Of a stretch of 64,000 bases of DNA, positions 51,501 to 62,411 are shown one piece after another; within the stretch, counting starts at the first letter, position 1; each line of letters opens with the position of its first letter. The notes under the pieces are model-generated. The model had not been told where the DNA came from and searched no databases. It saw only the letters and a list, made by a program, of their open reading frames with translations. Source of the DNA: Mycobacterium sp. (GTDB lineage Bacteria > Actinomycetota > Actinomycetes > Mycobacteriales > Mycobacteriaceae). Where the stretch lies: the NCBI RefSeq assembly GCF_035499775.1, contig NZ_DATJYB010000222.1, positions 9,502 through 73,501 on the forward strand. Reading direction: 5' to 3'. The position numbers and the translations under genes are program-made.

Positions 51501-52197
51501 CATTTACAAATCGGACTCGTTGCACTCGGCAGTGGTCGAGATAGTCGTGAAACCCCATGCACGCGTTCGCTACACCACGATCCAGAACTGGTCGAACAAC
51601 GTCTACAACCTGGTCACCAAGCGCGCCCGCGCCGAGGCCGGAGCCACCATGGAGTGGGTCGACGGCAACATCGGGTCCAAGGTGACCATGAAGTACCCGG
51701 CGGTCTGGATGACCGGCGAGCACGCCAAGGGTGAGGTGCTCTCGGTGGCGTTCGCCGGCGAAGACCAGCACCAGGACACCGGCGCCAAGATGCTGCACCT
51801 GGCGCCCAACACGTCGAGCAACATCGTGTCCAAGTCGGTCGCGCGCGGCGGCGGCCGCACCTCCTATCGAGGGCTGGTGCAAGTCAACAAGGGCGCGCAC
51901 GGCTCCAAGTCCAGCGTGAAATGCGATGCGCTGCTGGTTGATACGATCAGCCGCAGCGACACCTACCCTTACGTCGACATCCGCGAGGACGACGTCACGA
52001 TGGGCCACGAGGCCACCGTGTCCAAGGTCAGCGAGAACCAGCTGTTCTACCTGATGAGCCGCGGGCTCACCGAGGACGAGGCCATGGCGATGGTGGTGCG
52101 CGGGTTCGTCGAGCCGATCGCCAAGGAACTGCCGATGGAGTACGCGCTGGAGCTCAACCGGCTGATCGAGCTGCAGATGGAGGGCGCGGTCGGATGA
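48538..52197 (+). CDS. sufB: Fe-S cluster assembly protein SufB precursor containing two inteins (mature extein about 482 aa)
   Basis: The 1219-aa ORF is preceded by AAAGGAG. After removing 48961..50094 and 50413..51489, the sequence is colinear with conserved SufB (..AAQYE|SEVVYHQIREDL.. and ..SYVHYVEG|CTAPIYKSDSLHSAVVEIV..). Confidence 0.95.
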   Translation: MTLTPEASRTAAAPLTQDEAIASLGNYGYGWSDSDVAGASAQRGLSEAVVRDISAKKNEPEWMLKTRLKALGIFDRKPMPNWGSNLEGIDFDNIKYFVRSTEKQAASWEELPEDIRNTYDRLGIPEAEKQRLVAGVAAQYECLAGETLVWTANRGQVPIKEIEFGDRVFSYDESAEQFVVAPVKAAAQTDTRLTYEIKTTRLSIRATDNHPMLVLRDERKEGRQRARYARRWVTVGELKAGDFIAVPRTVPDFGVAAELPIIAGLTAPETSSIDLMWLLGLYVGDGNLHLSTKTYRVQFAIPATDVELRAELTRVIKELFGLRCIEADEYRVVVNSKALTEWIVALGFSGLSLTKRVPEWVYGLPVDQRLAFLGGWVDADGYVQPERCGSVMLTCANEPLINQARELAELSGLRAGGPWSFTQPYRHAPERMQIAWRLGISGDFERLGCRNLKRTDRFGRRRYVHSSNSSHGTTIRAHTNDWLGFERVKSIEPYAIEPVYDIEVDGPHNFVAAGLVVHNSEVVYHQIREDLEAQGVIFLDTDTGLREHPEIFQKYFGTVIPAGDNKFSALNTAVWSGGSFIYVPPGVRVDIPLQAYFRINTENMGQFERTLIIADEGSYVHYVEGCLPAGELITTADGDLRPIESIRVGDYVTGHDGRPHRVTAVQMRDLNGELFTFTPMSPANKFSVTAEHPLLVVPRAEVRVMRKERNGWKAEVNSAKLRVAEPRWIAAKDVAEGDFLIYPKPKPIPHKTVLPLEFARLAGYYLAEGHACLTNNCESLIFSFHSDEFEYVEDVRQACKSLYEKSGSVLVEEHKHSARVTVYTKAGYAAMRDNVGIGSSKKKLSDLLMRQDEIFLRELVDAYVNGDGNIIERGGALWKRVHTTSRVWAFQLQSILARLGHYATVELRRPAGPGVIMGRNVMRKDIYQVQWTEGGHGPKQARDCGDYFAVPIKKRAVREAHEPVYNLDVEAPDSYLAYGFAVHNCTAPIYKSDSLHSAVVEIVVKPHARVRYTTIQNWSNNVYNLVTKRARAEAGATMEWVDGNIGSKVTMKYPAVWMTGEHAKGEVLSVAFAGEDQHQDTGAKMLHLAPNTSSNIVSKSVARGGGRTSYRGLVQVNKGAHGSKSSVKCDALLVDTISRSDTYPYVDIREDDVTMGHEATVSKVSENQLFYLMSRGLTEDEAMAMVVRGFVEPIAKELPMEYALELNRLIELQMEGAVG
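48961..50094 (+). mobile_element. SufB intein 1 (378 aa) with a LAGLIDADG homing-endonuclease domain
   Basis: It starts with Cys1 (CLAGETLVWT) and has block B ATDNHP. The LAGLIDADG motifs are LLGLYVGDGNL and FLGGWVDADGYV. It ends VYDIEVDGPHNFVAAGLVVHN, followed by Ser+1. The insertion is in frame. Confidence 0.9.
50413..51489 (+). mobile_element. SufB intein 2 (359 aa) with a LAGLIDADG homing-endonuclease domain
   Basis: It starts with Cys1 (CLPAGELITT) and has block B TAEHP. The LAGLIDADG motifs are LAGYYLAEGHA and LVDAYVNGDGNI. It ends VYNLDVEAPDSYLAYGFAVHN, followed by Cys+1. From memory, the length and the Cys1/Cys+1 pair match the M. tuberculosis SufB intein. Confidence 0.9.
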
Positions 52198-53344
52198 CCG
52201 CTGCATTGAATAAGGGGGAGTTGTTCTCCTCCTTCGATGTTGACGCGTTCGAGGTTCCGCACGGCCGCGACGAGCTCTGGCGATTCACCCCGCTGAGGCG
52301 ACTGCGTGGCCTGCACGACGGGTCCGCTAACGCCACCGGAAGCGCTCAGATCGCCGTCAGCGAGCTGCCCGGCGTGCGGACCGAGACGGTGCGCCGCGGC
52401 GACGATCGCCTCGGGCAAGGCGGGGTTCCTGCTGACCGCGTTGCAGCCCAAGCGTTTTCGTCGTTCAACTCGGCAACGCTGATCACCGTCGGACGCGACA
52501 CGCAGATCGCCGAACCGGTCAACGTCGCCGTCACCGGACCCGGCACAGGCGCGGTGGCCTACGGGCACCTGCAGATCCGGGTCGAAGAGCTCGGCGAGGC
52601 CGTCGTCATCATCGACCACCGGGGCAGTGGAACCTACGCGGACAACGTCGAATTCGTCGTCGGCGACGCCGCGCGACTCACCGTCGTGTGGATCGCCGAC
52701 TGGGCCGACGACACGGTGCACCTCAGCGCCCACCACGCAAAGCTCGGCAAGGACGCGGTGCTGCGCCACGTCACCGTCACGCTCGGCGGCGAGGTGGTGC
52801 GGTTGTCGGCCAACGTGCGGTTCAACAGCACCGGCGGGGACGCCGAGCTCCTGGGCCTGTACTTCGCCGACGACGGTCAGCACCTCGAATCGAGGCTGCT
52901 GGTCGACCACGCCCACCCCGACTGCAGGTCCAACGTGCTGTACAAGGGTGCGCTGCAAGGAGATCCGGCGTCGAACCTGCCCGACGCGCACACCGTCTGG
53001 ATAGGCGACGTGCTGATCCGGGCCGAGGCCACCGGAACCGACACCTTCGAGGTGAACCGCAACCTGGTGCTCACCGACGGCGCCCGCGCCGACTCGGTGC
53101 CCAACCTGGAAATCGAGACCGGCGAGATCGTCGGCGCCGGACACGCCAGCGCCACCGGACGATTCGACGACGAGCAACTGTTCTACCTGCGTTCCCGCGG
53201 CATCCCCGAAGAGCAGGCCCGCCGGTTGGTGGTGCGCGGCTTCTTCGGCGAGATCATCTCCAAGATCGCGGTGCCCGATGTCCGGGACCGCCTGACCGCA
53301 GCCATCGAACACGAACTGGAAATCACGGAAAAGACTGCTACCTC

Positions 53345-53348
<4 letters not shown>
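52194..53348 (+). CDS. sufD: Fe-S cluster assembly protein SufD
   Basis: The 384-aa ORF overlaps sufB by ATGA. It has a beta-helix-type repeat sequence and a conserved C-terminal FYLRSRGI. Confidence 0.9.
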
Positions 53349-55842
<2,494 letters not shown>

Positions 55843-55868
<26 letters not shown>

Positions 55869-56190
55869 CGAACTGCTCTTCGATATCGAGGAGGCGATGC
55901 GTGACGTGGTCGACCCCGAACTGGGCATCAACGTCGTCGACCTTGGGTTGGTCTATGGCCTGAACCTGGAATCGGGTGACGAGGGCAAGGTCGCGCTGAT
56001 CGACATGACGCTGACATCCGCCGCCTGCCCGCTCACCGACGTCATCGAAGACCAGTCGCGCTCGGCGCTCGTCGGCAGCGGTCTGGTCAACGAAATCCGG
56101 ATCAACTGGGTGTGGAACCCGCCCTGGGGCCCGGACAAGATCACCGAGGACGGGCGCGAGCAACTCCGCGCGCTGGGCTTCACTGTCTGA
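55843..56190 (+). CDS. sufT: DUF59/SufT-family Fe-S assembly protein (Rv1466-like)
   Basis: I call 115 aa starting at MSETSAPDDE. It has DPELGINVVDLGLVY and TLTSAACP motifs, and overlaps the sufU 3' end by 26 nt. Confidence 0.85.
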
Positions 56191-56220
56191 ATCAGTAACG
56201 CCGTCAAGCGAGTCCGCCCG

Positions 56221-57027
56221 CTAGCGGTGGTGCGGAATCGGGATCGGCGGCAGGTGCGGGAGATGAGGGTGGGGGCGCCCCATCGGCGGGCACGGTTGCA
56301 GGCTGATGGCCGTCGCGTGCAACGCTCCATCGCTTTCGGTGCCCTGCGCCGCCAAGCACTTCCCGTTCTGGATCGAGTGATCGTTGGTGACTGTGTCTTT
56401 CGTGTAGGAAGTCGAGCCGGTCACGGCCACATTGGTGGAAGTGGGTTGGCCGTCAGGACCGATGCGGTTGACGACGATGGTGTTGTCCGCGACGGAGCCC
56501 ACCTGGCCGAAGACGCCGGTGGGTGCGGCGGGCGGCGGGGCGGCAGGTTTGCCGCTTGGTTCCTCCTCCGGGGGCGGTACGCACTTGCCATCGACGGCAG
56601 GGCTGATCAGCACGGATTCCGCGGTGATGGCACCCGGAGCTCCTCCCGGCGCGGCGTGTGCGCTGATGCAACTGCCCGCGGTGACGTCGGTCAGGTGAGC
56701 CGGCCCGGCCTCGCTGATCACAGTCGCCGGTTCGAAGTCCACCGTCGCCGATCCGCTCCGGGTTCTGAGGTGGATCACGCCGCCCGATACCGAGTTGACC
56801 ATGCCCTCGACACGGTCCTTGGGCGCTGGCGCCAGCGGTGGCGGTGGCGGCTTCGGCGACGAACTGGGCCCTGAACTGGGTCCTGAGCTCGGCGCCGAAC
56901 TGGGCGCCGAACTGGTCGGGCCGGCCGACGACGAGGGGTTCCCGCCGTTGCTCGATGTGCCGCACGCAGACACGCACACCAAAGCGACCGCGAGGACCGC
57001 GACTCGAGTCCCTCGTGCGCTTTGCAT
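56221..57027 (-). CDS. Lipoprotein with two tandem beta-rich domains, Ser/Pro linkers and a His/Pro-rich tail (paralogue of 57077..57877)
   Basis: I call 268 aa starting at MQSARGTRVAVLAVALVCVSAC, which carries the lipobox VSAC. The domain is internally duplicated, and the C-terminus reads HPHLPHLPPIPIPHHR. Confidence 0.65.
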   Translation of the reverse strand: MQSARGTRVAVLAVALVCVSACGTSSNGGNPSSSAGPTSSAPSSAPSSGPSSGPSSSPKPPPPPLAPAPKDRVEGMVNSVSGGVIHLRTRSGSATVDFEPATVISEAGPAHLTDVTAGSCISAHAAPGGAPGAITAESVLISPAVDGKCVPPPEEEPSGKPAAPPPAAPTGVFGQVGSVADNTIVVNRIGPDGQPTSTNVAVTGSTSYTKDTVTNDHSIQNGKCLAAQGTESDGALHATAISLQPCPPMGRPHPHLPHLPPIPIPHHR

Positions 57028-57076
57028 GTATGCGGATACCCGCAGCACCGTTGCTCTCACATGTCGTCGGTAGCGG

Positions 57077-57877
57077 TCACCTGTCGTGGTCGTGACCGCA
57101 CTTGCCATTGGTGGCCTGTCGCAGGTCGATCGTCGTCGCCTGCAGCGCGCCGCCGCTGTCCTTGGTTCCCTTCGCCGTCATGCACTTGCCCTGCGTGATC
57201 GCCTGAATGTTGGCCGGGGCCTCCTTGGTGTAACTGGTCTTGTCGTTGACCGTCGCGGCAGCTTGTGAGGTATTGCCGCCGGCATCGGTGGTGGTGACAT
57301 TGATCGTGTTACCCGAAACCGAAGCGACCGTGCCCACGATGTTCGACCTCTTGGCCGGCTTTGTCGTCGTCGTGGGGCTGGGCGTCGTCGTCGTCGGGCT
57401 GGACGGCGGCGTGGTCGTCGATTCTGGCGCGGGCTCCTTGCCTTGTGGGCATTTGCCGTCGACGGCGGGGCTGATCCGCACGGACGCCGCGGTGACCGGG
57501 TTGCTGCGACGCGAGTCGTGGGTTGCGTGAATGCTGACGCAGCTGCCCTGGGTGACGTCGTTCAGCGCAGCCGAACTGGTCTCGGTGACCTTGGTCGACC
57601 CGCCGAAATTCACCGTCGTGTTCCCGCCATGCTGGGTCACCTGCGCCGAGTTGTTGGCCACCGACGCGATCAGTCCGTTGACTTCCGCTTCGCCACCGGG
57701 CGTTGACGAAGTCGGCGATCCCGACGTGGTTGTCGTGGGGGAGGACGAGACAGTGCTTGACGAGGTGGTCCCGCTTGGTGGTGGGCTCGTCGAACTGCAC
57801 GCCGCGAGGGACAGTGCGGCGGCGCCGGTAACGGCGAGGACCGCGACTCGCGCGAGTCGGGGGGTGGCACGCATCAA
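57077..57877 (-). CDS. Lipoprotein with two tandem beta-rich domains and Ser/Thr/Pro linkers (paralogue of 56221..57027)
   Basis: The 266-aa ORF has a signal peptide with the lipobox LAAC. It contains two copies of a roughly 80-aa domain, each ending in GKC. The C-terminus reads GKCGHDHDR. Confidence 0.7.
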   Translation of the reverse strand: MMRATPRLARVAVLAVTGAAALSLAACSSTSPPPSGTTSSSTVSSSPTTTTSGSPTSSTPGGEAEVNGLIASVANNSAQVTQHGGNTTVNFGGSTKVTETSSAALNDVTQGSCVSIHATHDSRRSNPVTAASVRISPAVDGKCPQGKEPAPESTTTPPSSPTTTTPSPTTTTKPAKRSNIVGTVASVSGNTINVTTTDAGGNTSQAAATVNDKTSYTKEAPANIQAITQGKCMTAKGTKDSGGALQATTIDLRQATNGKCGHDHDR

Positions 57878-57946
57878 CGTTTCTCCGATCGTGAAAAGGT
57901 CTCGACGATCGGGTTTACCCGATGGAGCTGTGCGCAGACTGTGTCT

Positions 57947-59779
57947 TCAGAAGGCATCCTCCGGCAGCCGCATAATGTCGTCGTCGAGTGTCTCGATGAC
58001 GTTACGCAGCGCCGTCAGCTTGGGAAGCATGTTCTTGGCAAAGAACGCCGAGGTCGCGATCTTCCCCTTATAGAACGCCTCGTCGCTTGCCGAAGGCCCG
58101 CTCTGCAGCGCGGCGTGCGCGACGTCGGCTTGCTTGAGTAGCAGCCAGCCGATCAGCAGGTCTCCGACGGCGAGCAGGTACCGCACCGACCCGAGGCCCA
58201 CCTTGTAGATGTCGGTCGGGTTTTCCGCGGCGGACATCAGGTAACCGGTCAGGGCCTCCGTCATCGCGGTGACGTCCTCGAGCGCGGCCTGCAGGTGCTC
58301 GACGTGCGACTTCAGCGACTCGTCGCAGGTGTCGATGGTGCGGGTGATCTGGGCCGTCACATGCTGCAGGGAGCTGCCGTGGTCGCGGATGATCTTGCGG
58401 AAGAAGAAGTCCAGCGCCTGGATGGCCGTGGTGCCCTCGTAGAGTGAGTCGATCTTGGCATCGCGCAGGTACTGCTCGATTGGGTAGTCGGTCAAGAAAC
58501 CCGAGCCGCCCAGTGTCTGCAGCGATTCGGTCAGGATCTCGAAGGCCCGTTCCGAACTCGCTCCCTTGACGATCGGCAGCAGCAGATCGTCGACGCGGTG
58601 TGCCATGCTCAGATCTGCACCCGAAACCCGTTGTGCGACTTCACTATCCTGATGCGCCGCTGCATACAGATACAACGCCCGCAGGCCCTCGGCGTAGGCC
58701 TTCTGGGTCATCAGACTGCGCCGCACGTCGGGGTGGTGCATGATCGTGACCCGCGGCGCGGTCTTGTCGGTCATCTGAGTCATGTCCGCGCCCTGGATCC
58801 GCTCCTTCGCGTAGGCCAGTGCGTTCAGGTAGCCGGTGGACAGGGTGCCGGCGGCCTTGACGCCGATGGTCATGCGGGCGTTCTCGATCACGGTGAACAT
58901 CTGCGCGATGCCGTTGTGTTTGTCGCCCACCAGGTAGCCGACCGCGGGCACATCGGTGATGCCGAAGGACACCTCGCACGTCGGGGAGGACTTCAGGCCC
59001 ATCTTGTGCTCCAGCCCGGTGACGAAAACCCCGTTGCGCGGACCGAGTTCGAGCGTGTCCGGGTCGAAGAGGTAGTTCGGCACGTAGAACAGGCTCAACC
59101 CTTTGGTGCCCGGGCCGGCGCCTTCGGGCCGGGCCAGCACCAGATGGAAGATGTTCTCGGCGGTATCGCCGACATCGCCGCCGGAGATGAACCGCTTGAC
59201 ACCCTCGATGTGCCAGGTGCCGTCGGGCTGTTCGAAGGCTTTGGCGCGTGCGGCACCGACGTCGGAACCCGCGTCGGGTTCGGTGAGCACCATGGTGCCC
59301 TGCCAGCCGCGCTCCAGGCCTTCTGCCGCCCAGCGCTTCTGCTGGTCGTTGCCTTCGGCGTAGAGCGCCCGGGACATCGGCGGCCCCATCACGTAGAAGC
59401 ACGCGGAGGCGTTGGCGGAGAAGATCATCTCGGCGACCGCCCAGGTCAGCGGCGGGGGTGCGGCGATACCACCGATATCCTCGGCCAGACCCAGGCGCCA
59501 CCACCCGGCCTCTTTGATCGCATCCACGGATTTCAGCAACTCGGGGTCGGGCAGGCTGATGCTGTGTGTCTCCGGGTCGAATACCGGCGGGTTACGGTCC
59601 GCGGAGGCGTAGGACTCGGCGATCGGCCCTTCGGCCAGGCGTGCGGCTTCGGCCAAGATCGTCCGGACGGTGTCTTCGTCCAACTCGCTGTACGGTCCGG
59701 CGCCCAGCACGGCGCCTATGTCGAGGACCTCGAATAGGTTGAACTCAAGATCGCGGATGTTGGCGATGTAGTGGCCCAA
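57947..59779 (-). CDS. fadE15: Acyl-CoA dehydrogenase, long type (Rv1467c-like)
   Basis: The 610-aa ORF has ACAD N-terminal, middle and C-terminal domain conservation plus a C-terminal extension. It is in the syntenic position. Confidence 0.9.
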   Translation of the reverse strand: MGHYIANIRDLEFNLFEVLDIGAVLGAGPYSELDEDTVRTILAEAARLAEGPIAESYASADRNPPVFDPETHSISLPDPELLKSVDAIKEAGWWRLGLAEDIGGIAAPPPLTWAVAEMIFSANASACFYVMGPPMSRALYAEGNDQQKRWAAEGLERGWQGTMVLTEPDAGSDVGAARAKAFEQPDGTWHIEGVKRFISGGDVGDTAENIFHLVLARPEGAGPGTKGLSLFYVPNYLFDPDTLELGPRNGVFVTGLEHKMGLKSSPTCEVSFGITDVPAVGYLVGDKHNGIAQMFTVIENARMTIGVKAAGTLSTGYLNALAYAKERIQGADMTQMTDKTAPRVTIMHHPDVRRSLMTQKAYAEGLRALYLYAAAHQDSEVAQRVSGADLSMAHRVDDLLLPIVKGASSERAFEILTESLQTLGGSGFLTDYPIEQYLRDAKIDSLYEGTTAIQALDFFFRKIIRDHGSSLQHVTAQITRTIDTCDESLKSHVEHLQAALEDVTAMTEALTGYLMSAAENPTDIYKVGLGSVRYLLAVGDLLIGWLLLKQADVAHAALQSGPSASDEAFYKGKIATSAFFAKNMLPKLTALRNVIETLDDDIMRLPEDAF

Positions 59780-59872
59780 TGCAGTTCCCTCTGATCGTTG
59801 AGAAGGCGGCTGATTTCGAGCTAAGTCTGTCTGACTTGGGAAAATGTACGCAACCGTAACCTGCTCACGCTA

Positions 59873-60235
59873 CTAAGCCGTGGTGTCGCGAGCGCCGAGC
59901 CCGAGGTGCTCGACGTGATAGACCGCCTCGTCGAGCAGGGCGGCGACGTGGTCGTCGTACAGCCGGTAGACGACGCTGCGTCCGTTTCGGTCGCGAGCGA
60001 CCAGGCCGAGGTTGCGCAGCAACCGGAGCTGGTGTGAGACCGAGGGCTGTTCCATCCGGACCGCGGTCGCCAGGTCGGTGACCGAGCAGGGTGATTGCCG
60101 TAGCCGGGTCAGGATGAGCAGGCGCGTCGGAGATGCCAGGGCCTGCAGCGTGTCCGCGACTCTGGCGGCCGCCGCATGGTCCAGGGTCGGTGGCCGGCCA
60201 GCATGGTAAGGCTTGCCTCGCTTGCCTTGTGCCAT
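59873..60235 (-). CDS. ArsR/SmtB-family metal-sensing repressor, NmtR-like
   Basis: The 120-aa protein closely resembles my memory of M. tuberculosis NmtR (VADTLQALASPTRLLILTRL...VTDLA...MEQPSVSHQLRLLRNLGLV...VYRLYDDHVAALLDEAVYHVEHL). Alpha5-type ligands D/H...H..H are present. Confidence 0.85.
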   Translation of the reverse strand: MAQGKRGKPYHAGRPPTLDHAAAARVADTLQALASPTRLLILTRLRQSPCSVTDLATAVRMEQPSVSHQLRLLRNLGLVARDRNGRSVVYRLYDDHVAALLDEAVYHVEHLGLGARDTTA

Positions 60236-60269
60236 AGGTCAATTCAATCACATACCGAAATAAAACCGA

Positions 60270-60295
60270 GACATATGTAGATGTCTACATCTATA
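60270..60295. promoter_or_regulatory. 12-2-12 imperfect inverted repeat (perfect 7-2-7 core ATGTAGA-TG-TCTACAT) in the AT-rich divergent promoter region; candidate ArsR/SmtB operator
   Basis: The sequence GACATATGTAGA TG TCTACATCTATA was read directly. It lies between the regulator start (60235) and the ATPase start (60348). Confidence 0.45.
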
Positions 60296-60347
60296 CACTT
60301 TGCTTGTTCTTTGTCGAACCCCACCACCCCCTTGTGAGGCCGCCGGC

Positions 60348-62327
60348 ATGACTCTGACCGCTCTCGACGTGACCGCTCAAGAGGCTTGTTTCGATCGTGA
60401 TCGAATTGCAAAGCCTTTGAGTTGGCGAGCGGCTCTGTGGTCCGTGCTTTCGGTGCGGTGGGCGGCTGTCGCGTTGGCGCTGTTTTTGATCGGGCTGATC
60501 GCTCAGCTCAACGGTGCCCCCCAGACCGTGTGGTGGTCGCTGTATCTGGCTTGCTATCTCACCGGCGGATGGGGCTCGGCATGGGCCGGCGCGCAAGCGT
60601 TGCGGAAGAAGGCCCTCGACGTGGACCTGCTGATGATCGTCGCGGCGATCGGAGCGGTCGCGATCGGGCAGATCTTCGACGGCGCCCTGCTGATCGTCAT
60701 CTTCGCCACCTCCGGCGCGCTCGACGACGTGGCGACCAAACACACCGCGGATTCGGTCAAGGGACTACTGGGCCTCGCGCCGGATCAGGCCGTCGTGCTC
60801 GATGGTGACGGACGCGAGCGGGTGGTGCCGGCCGGTGAGCTGGTCGTGGGCGACCGGGTGGTGGTGCGACCGGGGGAGCGGATTCCCGGCGACGGCGTCG
60901 TGGTGTCCGGGTCTTCCGAGGTGGACCAATGCTCCATCACCGGTGAGTCGATGCCGGCCGCCAAATGCTGCGGCGACGAGGTGTTCGCCGGCACCGTCAA
61001 CGGGTCTGGGGTGCTGCACTTGGTGGTCACCCGTGATCCGTCCAACTCCGTCGTCTCGCGCATTGTCGAACTGGTGGCTGAAGCATCGGCCACCAAGGCC
61101 AAGACCCAGCTGTTCATCGAGAAGATCGAGCAGCGCTATTCGGTCGGGGTAGTGGTCGCCACCATCGCGCTCATCGTCATTCCGCTGCTGATGGGCACCC
61201 ACCTGCAAGCGGTGCTGCTGCGCGCCATGACGTTCATGATCGTGGCCTCGCCGTGTGCCGTGGTGCTGGCCACCATGCCGCCGCTGCTGTCGGCGATCGC
61301 CAACGCGGGGCGGCACGGGGTACTGGTCAAGTCGGCGGTCGTCGTCGAGCACCTCGCCGACACCAGCGTCGTCGCGCTGGACAAGACCGGCACCCTGACC
61401 TGCGGCGTCCCGCGACTCACCACCGTTGAAGCTCTGGCACCGCTGGACACCACCGGCCGCAACGGAATAGACGCCCAGCGACTACTCCAATTGGCCGCTG
61501 CCGCAGAACAATCCAGCGAGCACCCACTGGGGCGGGCGATCGTCGAGGATGCTCGGATGCGTGGCATGGTCATCCCGCCCGCCGAAGATTTCCGCGCGCT
61601 GCCGGGTCGCGGGGTGCGCGCCACCGTGGGTCACGATTTCGTCGAGATCTGCAGCCCGCACAGCTACCGGGGCGCACCGGTGGCCCAACTGACGCCGATC
61701 CTGGAGTCCGGCGCCACCGCTGCCATCGTGTTGGTCAACGGCGTCGCGGTCGGTGTGCTGGGCCTGACCGATCAGGTTCGGGCCGACGCCGCACGCTCCG
61801 TTGCATCGCTGTCCGCGCTGACCTCGGCGCCGCCGGTGCTGCTGACCGGTGACAATGCGCGCGCGGCGCGACGGGTGGCCCAGCAGGCCGGGATTACCGA
61901 CGTGCGAGCGGCGCTGTTGCCCGAGCAGAAGGTCGACGCGGTCCGCGCTCTGCAGGCCGGCGGTCACCGGGTGCTGGTTGTGGGCGACGGAGTGAACGAC
62001 GCTCCGGCCATGGCGGCGGCCCGCACGTCGGTGGCGATGGGGGCCGGCGCCGACCTCACCCTGCAGACCGCCGACGGTGTGACGGTCCGCGACGAGCTGC
62101 ACACCATCCCGACCATCATCGGGTTGGCCCGGCGGGCGCGCCGGGTTGTGGTCGTCAACCTCGGCATCGCGGCCGGCTTTATCAGCGTTCTGGTGCTGTG
62201 GGATCTGTTCGGGCAGCTGCCGCTGCCGCTGGGCGTGGCCGGTCACGAAGGGTCCACGTTGATCGTCGCGCTCAACGGGATGCGCCTGCTGACCAACCAC
62301 TCGTGGCGGCTCGCGGCGGCTGCCTAG
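60348..62327 (+). CDS. ctpD: P1B-type heavy-metal ATPase, Co/Ni (P1B-4)-like (Rv1469 CtpD-like)
   Basis: I call 659 aa starting at MTLTALDV. It has an SPC motif in the TM region (MIVASPCAVVLA), DKTGTLT, GDGVNDAPA and HEGSTLIVALNGMRL. There is no N-terminal CxxC metal-binding domain. Confidence 0.9.
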   Translation: MTLTALDVTAQEACFDRDRIAKPLSWRAALWSVLSVRWAAVALALFLIGLIAQLNGAPQTVWWSLYLACYLTGGWGSAWAGAQALRKKALDVDLLMIVAAIGAVAIGQIFDGALLIVIFATSGALDDVATKHTADSVKGLLGLAPDQAVVLDGDGRERVVPAGELVVGDRVVVRPGERIPGDGVVVSGSSEVDQCSITGESMPAAKCCGDEVFAGTVNGSGVLHLVVTRDPSNSVVSRIVELVAEASATKAKTQLFIEKIEQRYSVGVVVATIALIVIPLLMGTHLQAVLLRAMTFMIVASPCAVVLATMPPLLSAIANAGRHGVLVKSAVVVEHLADTSVVALDKTGTLTCGVPRLTTVEALAPLDTTGRNGIDAQRLLQLAAAAEQSSEHPLGRAIVEDARMRGMVIPPAEDFRALPGRGVRATVGHDFVEICSPHSYRGAPVAQLTPILESGATAAIVLVNGVAVGVLGLTDQVRADAARSVASLSALTSAPPVLLTGDNARAARRVAQQAGITDVRAALLPEQKVDAVRALQAGGHRVLVVGDGVNDAPAMAAARTSVAMGAGADLTLQTADGVTVRDELHTIPTIIGLARRARRVVVVNLGIAAGFISVLVLWDLFGQLPLPLGVAGHEGSTLIVALNGMRLLTNHSWRLAAAA

Positions 62328-62411
62328 GCTGTAGCGTGGGATACCTTCGCGCTGCCCTGGAAAAGACGCGGGGAGTCGGTAGGGAAATGGTATCCGGGAG
62401 ATAGGCCCATC

